Shown: piece after piece, positions 12,335 to 25,752 of the stretch
Layout: each line of letters begins with the position of its first letter
Numbering within the stretch: position 1 is the stretch's first letter
Assembly: GCA_965644295.1 (NCBI GenBank)
Contig: CBFFRP010000354.1
Span: 184,981-248,980 of the forward strand
Length of the DNA: 64,000 nt
From: Paraphysomonas bandaiensis
Taxonomy: Eukaryota > Protista > Chrysophyceae
Reading direction: 5' to 3'
Position numbers and translations under genes: made by a program
Notes under the pieces: model-generated
What the model was told of the DNA's origin: nothing
What the model saw: only the letters and a program-made list of their open reading frames with translations
The model's database searches: none

Positions 12335-12923
12335 TATTCTGTGTTTGATTCCTTTCTATTCTAGCTCTGACTCAACCCGAGGAATCAGGAGAAGTATAGA
12401 CAGTATTTTAACAATTAAATGAGAGTTGAAAAGGCTATACAGATATTATATCCACTGATCTGTATATGCTGTATCGTTACATCTGCCTCTATTGGACCAC
12501 TTCTTTACCAGAGGATGTGAAACTCATACCACCAGAATAACTTCTGATTAATAGTCTCATGATTTCATAATAGTAAAATATTATACCTGCAAACATGATG
12601 TATCACTTTGAGTTGAGTTGAGATGGAATTTCACAGTGAGAAAATCAGTTTTATATCTACTAGGCAGGGAACAATATACTGTCGAGTATATGGGTTGTTC
12701 ACCGGCGGCGTAAAATTCTAACAATGTTGTTGCTGTTCAGCTAGCTCGCAATCGATACACTATAGTATAATATAATAACTACTACATACCAAATGATTCC
12801 TAATTAATATAGCCATTGATCATGGAAAAGCAGTAGGTAGTCTTTGCTTGTGCTTGCCGGCGTAGTGGTGGGTTTGGCTATCATGTGATCTTAATGGAAT
12901 ATCATTGCATGATCTTAATTCTT

Positions 12924-13188
12924 GGGATCTATTATTGGACCTAGTCAAATTGGTGTAATTTCCTAGTCACCCCAAAATTGGTGTAAAAACCTAGTCAAGC
13001 GGTTGAAAACCCTAGTCATTTAATAATTCATATTTTTAGTTTACAATGACTAGATGTTTATGCTATTCACCTAGTCAAAAAGTTGACTAGGTTGAGTCAT
13101 TTATTCTATATTGTACAATATACTATTCCACCAAAAATAGCGTGACTAGATAATTCAACCAATTTGACTAGGTTGAATAATATTTCCC
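12924..13188. mobile_element. MULE/Mutator-like MITE (265 bp)
   Basis: Imperfect TIRs GGGATCTATTATTGGACCTAGTCAAATTGG / CCAATTTGACTAGGTTGAATAATATTTCCC, a perfect 9-bp TSD TTAATTCTT, and reiterated CCTAGTCA motifs. Confidence 0.9.
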
Positions 13189-13197
13189 TTAATTCTT

Positions 13198-13650
13198 CCC
13201 TCAACAAAGTCAGACTCGCACCTTTTCGTGGTGTTCTAGGGGATAAGTACCAAAGAGATTCTCTCTGGGAAACTAACGTGAGCCGCAAACATAGTCAGTA
13301 AATATTGTTCTGTCTACTCATAGCGGAATGCTTGTGTGGTACAAGGGACACCAATTAGTGTCACTTGTGTAGACGTCTTTGGGCCCTGACGAATAAACAG
13401 GCATCCGGGACAGGGTAACCGGGGTATTGGGCTGCCTGCTGAAGTCAAGCATCCGGGATGTTCACCTTAAGTGGTCGCACCTTGGTGCTTGCGGCGACGC
13501 ACAAGCAGCTTCCGTAGCGTTAAATAGTAGGATAAAAAAAGTGTGTACTGATTAGTTACAGGTAGAGGTCTAACTAGTTCGTCTAGTATTCATCTAGCTA
13601 CTAAGTTGGTGCAGGTTTTTAACGCCTATTGCTAATAATAAGACTTTCAA
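13198..13650 (+). mobile_element. Full-length R1 SINE-like retroposon
   Basis: Runs from CCCTCAACAAAGTC to CTAATAATAAGACTTTCA, with a 12-bp TSD ATCTTAATTCTT at 12912-12923 and 13654-13665. Confidence 0.85.
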
Positions 13651-13980
13651 TATATCTTAATTCTTAATGGTGCTAAAATTTTGCAACAGTATAGTACGTT
13701 GACCTGATAGAAGCACTTTTTAAAACGATATCTATCTGTAGTAAGTGCAGTAAATTTTTCTTTAACCAAGAGAAGAAATCATGCAACACATTACCTAGAA
13801 AGAATGATAAGGAGGTAGAAACTACAGTTTCATCTTTTATGTTGCGTATTGATGTATGATATGTTATATATTATGCAATTAAAGTAATTTAACAGTAAAT
13901 ACTATACAATAGACAACAGGTAAAACCAACACGTAGTTGTAGATGTGGAATATAATTACAAAGAAAGTAAACTTAATCAT

Positions 13981-14632
13981 TCCGCCAGCTCTATTTACGT
14001 CCAACTTATATATACTGCAGTCGGCGGCGCCCCGAGATTCTATATATTCTACGCCTCCGCCTCGCACCATCTCACTTTCCCTCGGAACACTATCCTCCAA
14101 TCTACATGACTCTGCCCTCCCTTAAACGCCGTGGACCCCTACCGCACCTATTGAGACTGAAGGATTACACATCCGTGGGATGCTCTCACACTTAAGTGAG
14201 GACTCAAATCCTAAAGTCAGCAGATGTCAGGTATATCAACTTTGTGCTTGCTCACTGCGTTTGCTTTGACTGATAAAGCGAAAGCGGTCGCACCTTGGTG
14301 CTTGCGGTGACACACAAGCAGCTTTCGTACCGCTAAATAGTAAGATATCAGAGAAAAGCACCGACTCAAAAGCGCCTACTGCTAATAATAAGACATTCAC
14401 TGCTCTTTGAGCCTTGACCAATAAACAGACCACCTGCTGAAGTCATGCACACGGGCTAGTTCACCTTAAGGAGAGAGAGCAAAGTGGTCTCACTTTGGTG
14501 CTTGGTGACGCACAAACAACTTTCGTAGTAGCGCAAAATAGTATCAGAATTAAGCAGTAGTGAGCTAAATTGTTTGCTACATTAGTTCTGACACGTACAC
14601 GCCTATTGCTAATAATCAGACATTCACCACCA
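13981..14632 (+). mobile_element. Two tandem 5'-truncated R1-type 3' ends, the first preceded by a GC-rich unique segment, inserted in an older AT-rich repeat
   Basis: AGACATTCAC ends at ~14400 and ~14627. The flanks 13870-13978 and 14637-14710 match a contiguous stretch at ~34690-34860. Confidence 0.75.
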
Positions 14633-15132
14633 CTTTAGTACCTGATGATGTCTATATAAGATATAGGATTGACTGGTGAACGTATATGTTACTGAGAACA
14701 GATGCTTACTAGATGCTAGAGGAATATGATGTTAAGATCAATATCATTCATTATTCTTTATTGGGCTTACGTTGTGTACAACATAACAAGTGTAGAGAAA
14801 GGTTAACTTCAGAGTAAAGTCCAATTCCTGATACTTTACTGCATTACAAGCAAACCCCTTCTTTACAATTGGGAATCCTGTTAATAGGTTTTGTGCTTTG
14901 TTAGAACCTTCCATTACTTTTACATCAGGGTCAAAAATAAAGCATATATAAAGTCGACGGAAACGAAACAAAGATAATAAATAATCATAGCCCATCATGA
15001 CAACTATCGATAGTTATCAATGCGACGACCAAGGTTTTTAGACAGTACGCTGCATCAAAGTAAGCTTAGAAAAAGTTAAGTAAACCTCTAAACAAACTGG
15101 AGAATCCGATGATAACATTTTAATAAAACTTA

Positions 15133-16476
15133 TCAGCTAGCTTCAACATTTTCTGCGGCAATGTAGGTGGAGCAAGCGGGTGGTCCATTTAGGAACGCAA
15201 CGCACACGGATATGTCATCGCTGGAGCTTTCTTCCTCTAAGTATCGACTCCTCGCTTCGATAACAAGGCTACAATACGTAATTTACACAATTAACTTAAG
15301 TGATGCGCACAGAGGTTCCCTACTTGGTTGAAGCTGTAGACGGTTCGGTGCTTTCGAGGGCGATTTCCACAGCCTCCTGACAGCTAATGAACTTCCAGAG
15401 CCCATATGTGGCAACAATCAATACGCAATCTCTCTCCAAGTCAAAGGTACGGGAGGTGAATTCAAGGGTAGACGATACCCCTGCAGAGTGAATGACGTCG
15501 TCACAGAGCGAACGTGACATTCCAAGTCCCGGGGCATCGAAATTAGCCAGCCATACTCGTGAAGGTCCCCAATTCCCTGAACTGTTCGAGACCCGGAACA
15601 CCCGACCACCGGCTGCACATATCCGTTTAAATTCATCAGGTTGTTCAGGGGTATGGTCCGTTGATAAACTTTTAGCTATAACTCTTCCCGTACTCAGTCT
15701 ACTGCCTAAAACAACTCTTGAATTCCCGATGTTACTAACTAGTATTTGATTGCCACGTATCAAAGCCATACACAGTGTTGTACCACTGAAACGACTATCA
15801 ATGTTTGGCTGGCAACGGACAGCGAACTCCACAGATTGCACTACATCCCGAATAGCACTCTGGGGATCAGACACGTACTTTGTGTGCTTAAACAAACTCG
15901 ACTGTATGCCCTCACTTATGAACTAAATAATGACAATTGATTTACAATAGTACGAAAATCGCAAACACACCTGTGCGATATGTTCGCCATAAACTCCGTG
16001 ACCATCCAAGCACATGAGTAACAGACTTCGTGTTTGCGAATCTTCCAACATCAGTAGACGATCCTGATTACTCCTTCCGGTGTCCCTAGGTCCTACATCG
16101 ATAGGGAACAAAGAAATGAGCTGAAAGAGGTTAATGTGACACTAGACCTGTTCCACATATGGAGTTTCCAGAGTAAGAATCAACAGGAAAATTTTTCTCT
16201 GTAAAAACCTGCAAATTCATTTATTTATACTATAGTTATTAAAGTAATGAAATGAACATTTTTAACCGCAAGTGGAGACTGTGGGCAGATGGTGTCATCT
16301 TCCCGTTTACGCTTCTGCAGGCGCCTACTATCAATGATAGCTGTACAAGCCCCTTTATTAGACCTTTGTGTACCCGACTCTTGTTGTGTGTTGGTCATCT
16401 GTCGTATGGACTTATGTACATCTGCAGTACATTCAGTGATTCAATAAGCACATGATCTTGGTGGATATTCTGTCAT
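15133..16476 (-). pseudogene. PP2C (PPM) phosphatase with damaged catalytic motifs; probable pseudogene
   Basis: NQD, DGHG, SGTT, DH and SSDDIS motifs are present, but NIGNSR (GD>GN), SLCD (G>C) and ATYGLW (DG>YG) are altered. The putative first exon has an in-frame TGA at 16441-16443. Confidence 0.7.
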
Positions 16477-16917
16477 GATGTAGACACGGAAATTATTCAA
16501 CCCGATATTTTGACATCACGATTCTAAAAAGTGCAAAATCTCCAAATACACACCACCCCAGTCTGTACTTTCTTTATAAAGAAGTAGTTATAAGGTCAGT
16601 TTTGACAACCTGGCTACATAAAAAATCCTAGTTTTTCATCCAGATATCTATCTTTCCATGCTTGGCCGTTAATCTTGTCTTGAAAACCATTTTCGGATTT
16701 TTTTTACTTTCTGTAAAATGTGGAAGGTACCGTACTCAAGCCCGCACCATAATGGTGTGGAACTATATAAGTGGTGATGATGAGTGACCAGTGGTATGTA
16801 TGGTGTTGCTGGTGAGTAATAGATCCAGGGAGGTGGGTGTTGAAGGAGGAGCTCTCTCATCACAGCATGGTATCATACATACAGAACATAATAACAGCGA
16901 GAACATATCATAGTAGC

Positions 16918-17841
16918 ATGGAATCAACTACCACGGAATCAACTACCACGGAATCAACTACCACGGAATCAACTACCACAGGGGGCATTAGAAAAGTCGG
17001 TGATGGGGAAACCAAAAATCGTAACTCCTCTGCGTTAGCTCAGTTTGCGAAGTACTTGGAGATGCGGTTCGACGGGAAGAAGAGGTATAAGGAACTCATA
17101 GACAGTGATATAAATGTAGAACTATTTCAATGTTTCGGTGGCTTTTTGATCGATCACGCCGTCCATGGAACAACGAAGAAGCCTTTGACCCTAGGTACTG
17201 CTTGGCAGTATTTGTCAGACACGAAGACTGCGCTGACGAAGCGATTTAAAAGAAATGAGTTATTAAGCAGCTCCAATGAGCTGTGGTACAAAGATGTGAG
17301 AGCGGCAGTATCAAAGCATATTATCAAGCGGTGTATCGCACAAGGAGTGCGTATATCAGAGAAAACAAGTCCAGTGGGGAAAGAACTAATGAAGCGCATA
17401 GGTGAATACATTATACATCGGGCATCTGATTTCTCCGGTAAGTGGACATACTTCACATATCTATGATTTACTGTATACCCTATGGTAGACAACGTCAACA
17501 AACAGAAAAAACTAAATCGAGTATTGACTAAAGGACTCGGCCTATTGTACGATGACGAGAAACGTTTTCTTGATGAGCCGAAACCCTGTATGGCAAGTCA
17601 GTCTACTTCGTACAGAGAATGGAAGAGTAATTTAAAATGCATAGCTGAAAAGGTTGAATTGCGTGTTATTGTTGATTTATTTGGTCAGGAAAATTACGAC
17701 AAGTTTCACCCCAAAAAAAAAGCCTCTAAGAAATACATAAACAGTATATATGATGCAATGAGTGCACGAAGGGACAGTGATGGTAACATTATTCCAAGGA
17801 CAAAGAAAAGGAAACTTCAGTCTGATGTTAGTAATCTGTAG
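16918..17841 (+). CDS. Spliced 290-aa Crypton-derived protein lacking the catalytic YR domain
   Basis: Exons 16918-17437 and 17489-17841 are joined in frame by a 51-nt GTAAGT...TAG intron. Contains FGGFLIDHA..KKPLTLGTAWQYLSDTK, an N-terminal (ESTTT)x4 repeat and C-terminal basic PRTKKRKL. Confidence 0.6.
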
Positions 17842-18370
17842 AATGCCAATATATGTATTCATTTATAACCACTCCATCAACTTTTTATAATGTACCCTTA
17901 TAATTAATGATTCATTAGTAATTGGAATACATCGTATCATTATTTACAGAGCATACAACAGTATAATCAACCATTACAGCGTTCAGCATTTTATTATTCG
18001 ACACAGTCTGATGTTAGTAATCTGTAGAATGCCTATATGTATTCATTTATAACCACTCCATCAACTTTTTATAATGTACCCTTATAATTAATGATTCATT
18101 AGTAATTGGAATACATCGTATCATTATTTACAGAGCATACAACAGTATAATCAACCATTACAGCGTGCAGCATTTTATTATTCGACACAGTCTGATGTTA
18201 GTAATCTGTAGAATGCCTATATGTATTCATTTATAACCACTCCATCAACTTTTTATACTGTACCCTTATAATTAATGATTCATTAGTAATTGGAATACAT
18301 CGTATCATTATTTACAGAGCATACAACAGTATAATCAACCATCACAGCGTTCAGCATTTTATTATTCCAC
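17818..18370 (+). repeat. Tandem array, 3 x ~185 bp
   Basis: CAGTCTGATGTTAGTAATCTGTAG recurs at 17818, 18004 and 18188; units are near identical. Confidence 0.95.
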
Positions 18371-18740
18371 ACCGTTCAGAATTCTTATCACATACAGCCA
18401 TACTGCATACCCTTACACAACATGACACATATTCACTGCAAGATGGAACAGGGGCAGCCGGGCGCTTGTGTCGCTTAGGCATCCCTCTTGCACCGGTAAG
18501 TATAAACGTCATTGCGCCTACAACAGCATAATAAACCATCACAGCCTTCAGCATTTTATTATTCCACACCGTTCAGAATTCTTATCACATACAGCCATAC
18601 TGCATACCCTTACACAACATGACACATATTCACTGCAAGATGGTACAGGGGCAGCCGGGCGCTTGTGTCGCTTAGGCATCCCTCTTGCACCGGTAAGTAT
18701 AAACGTCATTGCGCCTACAACAGCATAATAAACCATGACA
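18320..18740 (+). repeat. Tandem array, ~2.1 x 197 bp, overlapping the previous array
   Basis: ATTATTCCACACCGTTCAG occurs at 18361 and 18558. Confidence 0.95.
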
Positions 18741-19469
18741 ACATTCAGCATATCATATACCATCACACAACATAGTGCATGCATGATATACAGCCTTCTA
18801 TTCCTTCAAATGTACCACTTCTCATCTCTCTACATACCTGACACTTTAAATAGGATGATGGGAGCATGATGCTCCCACCTGGAATTCAATCATTGATATC
18901 CATATCAAATCACTTCATACCATAATATACAGCCCTTCACAGTTCCTCTCCATACAGCCTTATAAACCTCGTCCAGTAACTGCATATCTCATCTCACAGT
19001 TTCATGAAATAAGATGGTAGCAACATGTTATCACCTATCATTCAAGCACTCATTAACGTGTATCTGCTGCATATGGCTGCCTCGTCATATTACTATATAC
19101 ATATACTCGATGCATGTGATATGATGCACTATGCTATGATGCACTCTGCTGATTGGATCACTCGATGGGCGCACTTGCTGTGCGGCCTTTGTGTAAAAAC
19201 AAGGGTGCGGGATCCCGCACCTGCGGTGCGGGCTAAATAATTTTTCCACAAAAACGTTGTAATAGTGTACTGTACTTCTCTGTTAATGTAGATTGCATCA
19301 TTTATAAAGGAAGCACAGATCAGTACAGGACCAACACTGACACGCAAAAGTGTGAACACTGCGTAGTTACTTGGTGAGTATCCAAAGATGAATAAAAGTT
19401 ATTAGAGCCATTACTGCTTATAACCCTTCAGAGTGAAAATCAGTCTCAACTACATTTTCGACGTAGCCG

Positions 19470-22269
19470 ATGTCTATTGCCGAGCTTAGTCCAGGGGACA
19501 AGTTGAGTCTGAAAGGGAAAATCTTTGAGCTTCAGAAAAAGTTGAATTTATTAGATGTGGAGCAACAAAATACTGAAGATTATAGTTTCAGGCCTGAGAT
19601 CACTTCCTATCAACTACCACAACGACAGAGTGGCTTTATAGATAATATGGAGAAGTCCGAACGAAATAGAAAGGTTTGTGTTATGTGAACACATAATAGG
19701 TGTTGATAAGCTCTCTCAGGAAAGGTTCGAATCTTTGAAAGAAATGGTCAAACTTGAAACCAGTATAGACTGTACTTTCTCTCCAGAAATTAATAATTCG
19801 AGTAAAGTTAGAAAATCTGAGAAGCCAGCTCATTTGCGATTGTATGAAAAAGGAAAAGAATATAAAGCGGGCTTGGAGAAAAAGAAGAAGGTATTTACCT
19901 TACATGTTCACAATCGCCGCTTACGTTGGTGTTAGTTGTACACCAAGTATGATGCGAATGGTCGACGTCTCTTTCATCCGCAAAGCCTATCCCGGAAACC
20001 GCGGTCTGCTGAGGGAAACATGCAAGTTGAAGAATATTTATACCGCGATGCCCAGGTAAATGCTATATTTGTACGTATGCTTCACGCCGTAATAGTACTT
20101 GTAGGATCGCGCAGAGAGGAGGGAGATTACCATAGAAGAGGAGAAAAAGCAGCAAGAACAATTTGCTACAGAGAAGAAGATGAATAAAAAGAGCGAAGCA
20201 TTAGTAAAGCGAAGAAATGTGTGTAGTAGCGATATATGTATAGATATAAATGTATTAACAAGTAAATACAGGAAAGGCTTGCCAGATTTGTGTTTGACCT
20301 TTTATTACATCCTGAACACATTGATAAAGATTCATCTGACACTGGAGGAGAAGGGGGTACAGAACCCGAAAAAATACATCTTAGTCACCTCCAGACTTTG
20401 ATCGAGACTATACAAACTCGAATTCGAGCACTTGAGACGAAATGTAATGTCCCCATGAGATTTCCGAAGACCGTCATTACAGCAGCAAAAGATCAGTATG
20501 CACTATCTCAAAGAATATGGCAATGTTTAGACCCGACTGAGGTAAAATTAGTTTACCATGATATCTATGTAACCACGATTTTTAAAATGATGACATTTCA
20601 GAGTGGCGAAGTCGGTGTGGATGAGTTCTTGGGTGTTTGCATGCCAATACTGATGACAAGAGGGGGTAGTGTCGCCAACACCCTAGTTTCTTCGAGCTGT
20701 GTCCGAGATTTAGACACCTCGTTGACGAAACAAACGGATTCCACGCTCATATTTCAGTTTCTCGTGTGCGTACATGCATTTGCTTTTGTATGTCACTAGT
20801 ATAATTGGATATGTTATAGAGCTGTACAGACTCACTCGTCCGACCTCTCCGGGACTCCTGCTTCTCCTGGTACGCATAGCTCAAAGAATATGAAACCAGT
20901 GGCTTCATGTATGTCGTGAGTTTATTTTATAGATTGCGCTGACACCCCTTTAGCTCCACGACGAGGAAAGTGCGCTTCCACGGAACCCCCTACCCACAGA
21001 CAGACCACCGTCAGTGCGCGCGATCGGGTCGAAAAATACAACAGAACGCTTTCAGAAAGAGAGCGCGCCACCTCTCTGCGAATGGAACAACTCAAGAACT
21101 CTCTGTACGAGGAGGAAATGAAGGAGTGCACATTTCGCCCCCACATTACTACCACGGCGGAAAGATGTGGAGGTGTGCCATATCCACAGGAAAGAAAGAG
21201 TGCGACTGCTGACTCTGATGATTGGTCAGAAGAGGATATGTCGCGTAGAACTTCAGGTAGTGTATATGATCGTCTGTACTCTCAGAAAGACAAAGTTCCG
21301 AAGAGCATTGCGAAGATGAAGCATCGTCCGCTGGAAGAGAGAGAAATGGATGGGTGCACATTTACCCCTCATATGTATCGTCCCCCTGCTGCACCAAATT
21401 CAGGTACAGAAATGACTTCCCCGTCCAGCGGCAAGCGGAAGAAGAATGTTAGTTCTCTAGGGAACTTGATGATGTCGCTGGCTGGAGGTGAAAGTCAGGC
21501 ATCAGTACCGCCGCCACCTGCGCCAAAAGGCTTCTCAGAAAGCGTAATGAGGTACATGATCACGACCTCACCACTGTATTTCATAGGTGACATTATTGCA
21601 GGATACGAAATGCACTGGAGAGAAGGAAGCAGAAAGAAAAAGAGGATGAGGAGTTTTTTGCAGTAAACGACGCTAGCTATGAACGTAATCGTCAAAAGCT
21701 TGCGGAGAAAGGATGCCAACCTTTTCGGTATAAACTTTGAAAGTATAGTATGTCTGTGATGTATTCTTTAGATTACGCACTGAGGAACGACAAGCGGAAA
21801 AGATAAAAGCAATGTCAGCAAAGTCTCATATCTCTATTGACCAAGGCGCAGAAACTGCAGCTAGCTCCCGCACTGGTAGCATGAAAGGATATGTGCGAAG
21901 AGACAACGGTGAAATTAAACCCGTAAGGTAAAATTTGGAATATTAGAACTATGGTATCTTACGGCTGCAATGTACAGACTATATGTGGAAATTAAACTAG
22001 GCGGGGGGGTTAAGGGCTCCCATATAGCTGTTGCTGACAATGACGTTCCCTCTGAGTTGGCTAGGGCATTTTGTCGGATATATTCTCTGGATGCAGGAGC
22101 TGAAAAGATATTGACAGAAGTTGTAACAGCCAATATGATAGAGGGCGATATTCCCATTGGGCCTTCTTCTGTTCAGCCTGCTGCACAGGAAGATGGTCGG
22201 CTACAGATACAAGTCGACGATGATAGATCAGATAAATCAAACCCTCTCGATGGAAGAGATCTTGGATAA
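19470..22269 (+). CDS. Uncharacterised multi-exon charged/coiled-coil protein with repeated CTFxP and RLY motifs
   Basis: Successive exons give YSFRPEI, CTFSPEIN, HLRLYE, ECTFRPHIT, VYDRLYSQ and GCTFTPH, ending in an LYVEIKL...LARAFCRIYSL domain. Confidence 0.75.
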
Positions 22270-23750
22270 TATGTGAAATATGTTGAATTTAGATGTAATA
22301 ATTGATATGCTCATGTGTATAGTATACTAGTGGAGTTGTTCATCCTAGAAGGTAGAAGGCCCGTTAGTAATAACGTAGTAACTGTGTTCGAATCGGACAT
22401 TGTTTTCCTACAAGTCAAAGTACCTCTAAGATTATTGATAACATAGGTGTTCATCTCTACCATAACATTCAACAATAACTTTCAATCCCCTAGCGGCCTA
22501 AGACACAAAACCAGTGAAACGGTTAGATATCTAAAATAGAAAGCACATTTAGCGAGTAGCATATATTTTAGACTGAACTGTGGTGCTGATGTTAAACTGA
22601 GAAAAATACCTCAGTGTTCAAGTCAACCAAAATATTAAGGAAATGTTACAGCGTACAACACATATATTACTAAAGTTTCCGCAAATATAAAAGCCCAAGA
22701 CATGGTATAGAGGTATAGAGGATATAGATATACAACTATTATCAGTACGACAAAAGAGACACCAGACCCAAAAAAGAATATATTGTACGACCTGCTTGGT
22801 CCGATAATTACGAGTACATATGCATCGGTCTTAAGTCACGGGATATGATAGTGGTTCATTCACGTCTCTAATTGAATAGCGCATTATCAACCGTCTTTAC
22901 GAACATAACTGCTAGAACTCTTACGCCATGCACTAGGCATACTATCATCAGATTATGCCGCCCCTGCTTTGAGTACATGCAAGATAGAATCCTGAATTAT
23001 ATTCAGTTCTAGTGCATAGCCACACGAAACGCAGACGGAGTAACTTCTCTATCAGGTTGAGATGTAGATATCAGAATAAGGGCATTCTTACGAAGGTAAG
23101 TAACTAACGGAGCGGTGTTGTATTGGTGTAGCATGCATATATGAGAATAAAGGACATGTGACGACGATGTGTTTATTGAGGAATGTGTGGAGTGCGAAAT
23201 AAGGTGGGTGGGTGCCCCTAAGGGCTGTCATCACAAGGCGGTGGTGCAATGCCGAGGACAACGTGCAGGACGTGAGCAAGCTCATCGTGATCTGCAAGCT
23301 TCAAATATTAGTGAATAACGTACCGCACATTGTGCGGTTATCAGTTATTACACTGATAAGAACAGATACTACACTTGATCTTAGCCAAAAGGCCGAGAAG
23401 AGCATGCTTTACTGTAACATCAAGTTGTATTTATATAGTTTTTTATAAACCCAAAATATTTTTTCCAATTGTGTTCTTGATATTTCTAGACTGTTGTTGT
23501 GAAGTAAAAAAAGCTAGAAAAAAGGGTTTTAAGCTTTGTGATTTCTCAGAAGTGCAGCTGAGTTTAATAAAATAGCAGTTTTAAGCTTTCCCAAAAGAAA
23601 ATCAAGACTTTTTGTCACGACATACTGCTGTACATGCTGTTTGTATATGCTGGCATGAGGATGATTAGCATAAAATTAACAAGTGGTTCATTGTTGTGGT
23701 CAGAATAATAGTCGGATCGTTTTAGCTCCTTACTGCATATCGTACTAAAC

Positions 23751-25292
<1,542 letters not shown>

Positions 25293-25651
25293 GTAAACAG
25301 CACTTTACACTGTTATATTGGAGGATTTATCTTCACCATGTTGAGTAGAGATTGTGCATTATTTGCCAGTCCCTACGATGAGTATAAATAACCGTAATAG
25401 TCATTGTAGATGTCACTGCGTAGAATGTGTAGGCATTTGTGATGAGATCTCTAACTTTATATTCTCTCCTCCACAGACGTTTTCTGTAATTGAATTCAAG
25501 GCAGCTAGGGACGTATGAGAGAGTTCCCACATTCCCAGTGATATTAACGGTAGAAACTTAGAAAAGAAAGCAATGAAACTTTAAGCGTCTCGCAGAAAGA
25601 GCTGAGACATGCTCATGATGTGTTGTTTTGACCTACTTTCCCCTGATATAT

Positions 25652-25750
25652 CAGGGCCTGGTAACCGTTAATGGCCCATTAATGGTAGTGCAGTTCCCGG
25701 CAATTATAATGGTCATTAATGCCATTACCATTAACGGTTACCAGGCCCTG
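25652..25750. mobile_element. ~100-bp hAT-type MITE
   Basis: Perfect 23-bp TIR CAGGGCCTGGTAACCGTTAATGG / CCATTAACGGTTACCAGGCCCTG. Confidence 0.8.
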
Positions 25751-25752
25751 TC

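Larger units (their letters stand above)
16739..19234 (+). mobile_element. Crypton-like (tyrosine recombinase DNA transposon) deletion derivative
   Basis: The encoded peptide resembles the N-terminal core-binding region of stramenopile Crypton recombinases. CCCGCACC-Nx-GGTG(C/T)GG palindromes lie at both ends. Confidence 0.6.

Noticed and set aside
13198-13650. R1 as Fanzor/TnpB omega-RNA or as a TIR/LTR element
   Set aside because: No RuvC ORF is seen in the window; a 12-13 bp TSD, short-repeat tail and 5' truncations fit a retroposon better; there is no TG...CA pair.
16441-16443. Stop-codon reassignment or selenocysteine at the in-frame TGA
   Set aside because: Intact genes here end in TGA, TAA and TAG, and this gene has other lesions.
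17818-18740. CRISPR-like array
   Set aside because: Units are whole 185/197-bp duplications with no unique spacers, no cas genes, and a eukaryotic context.
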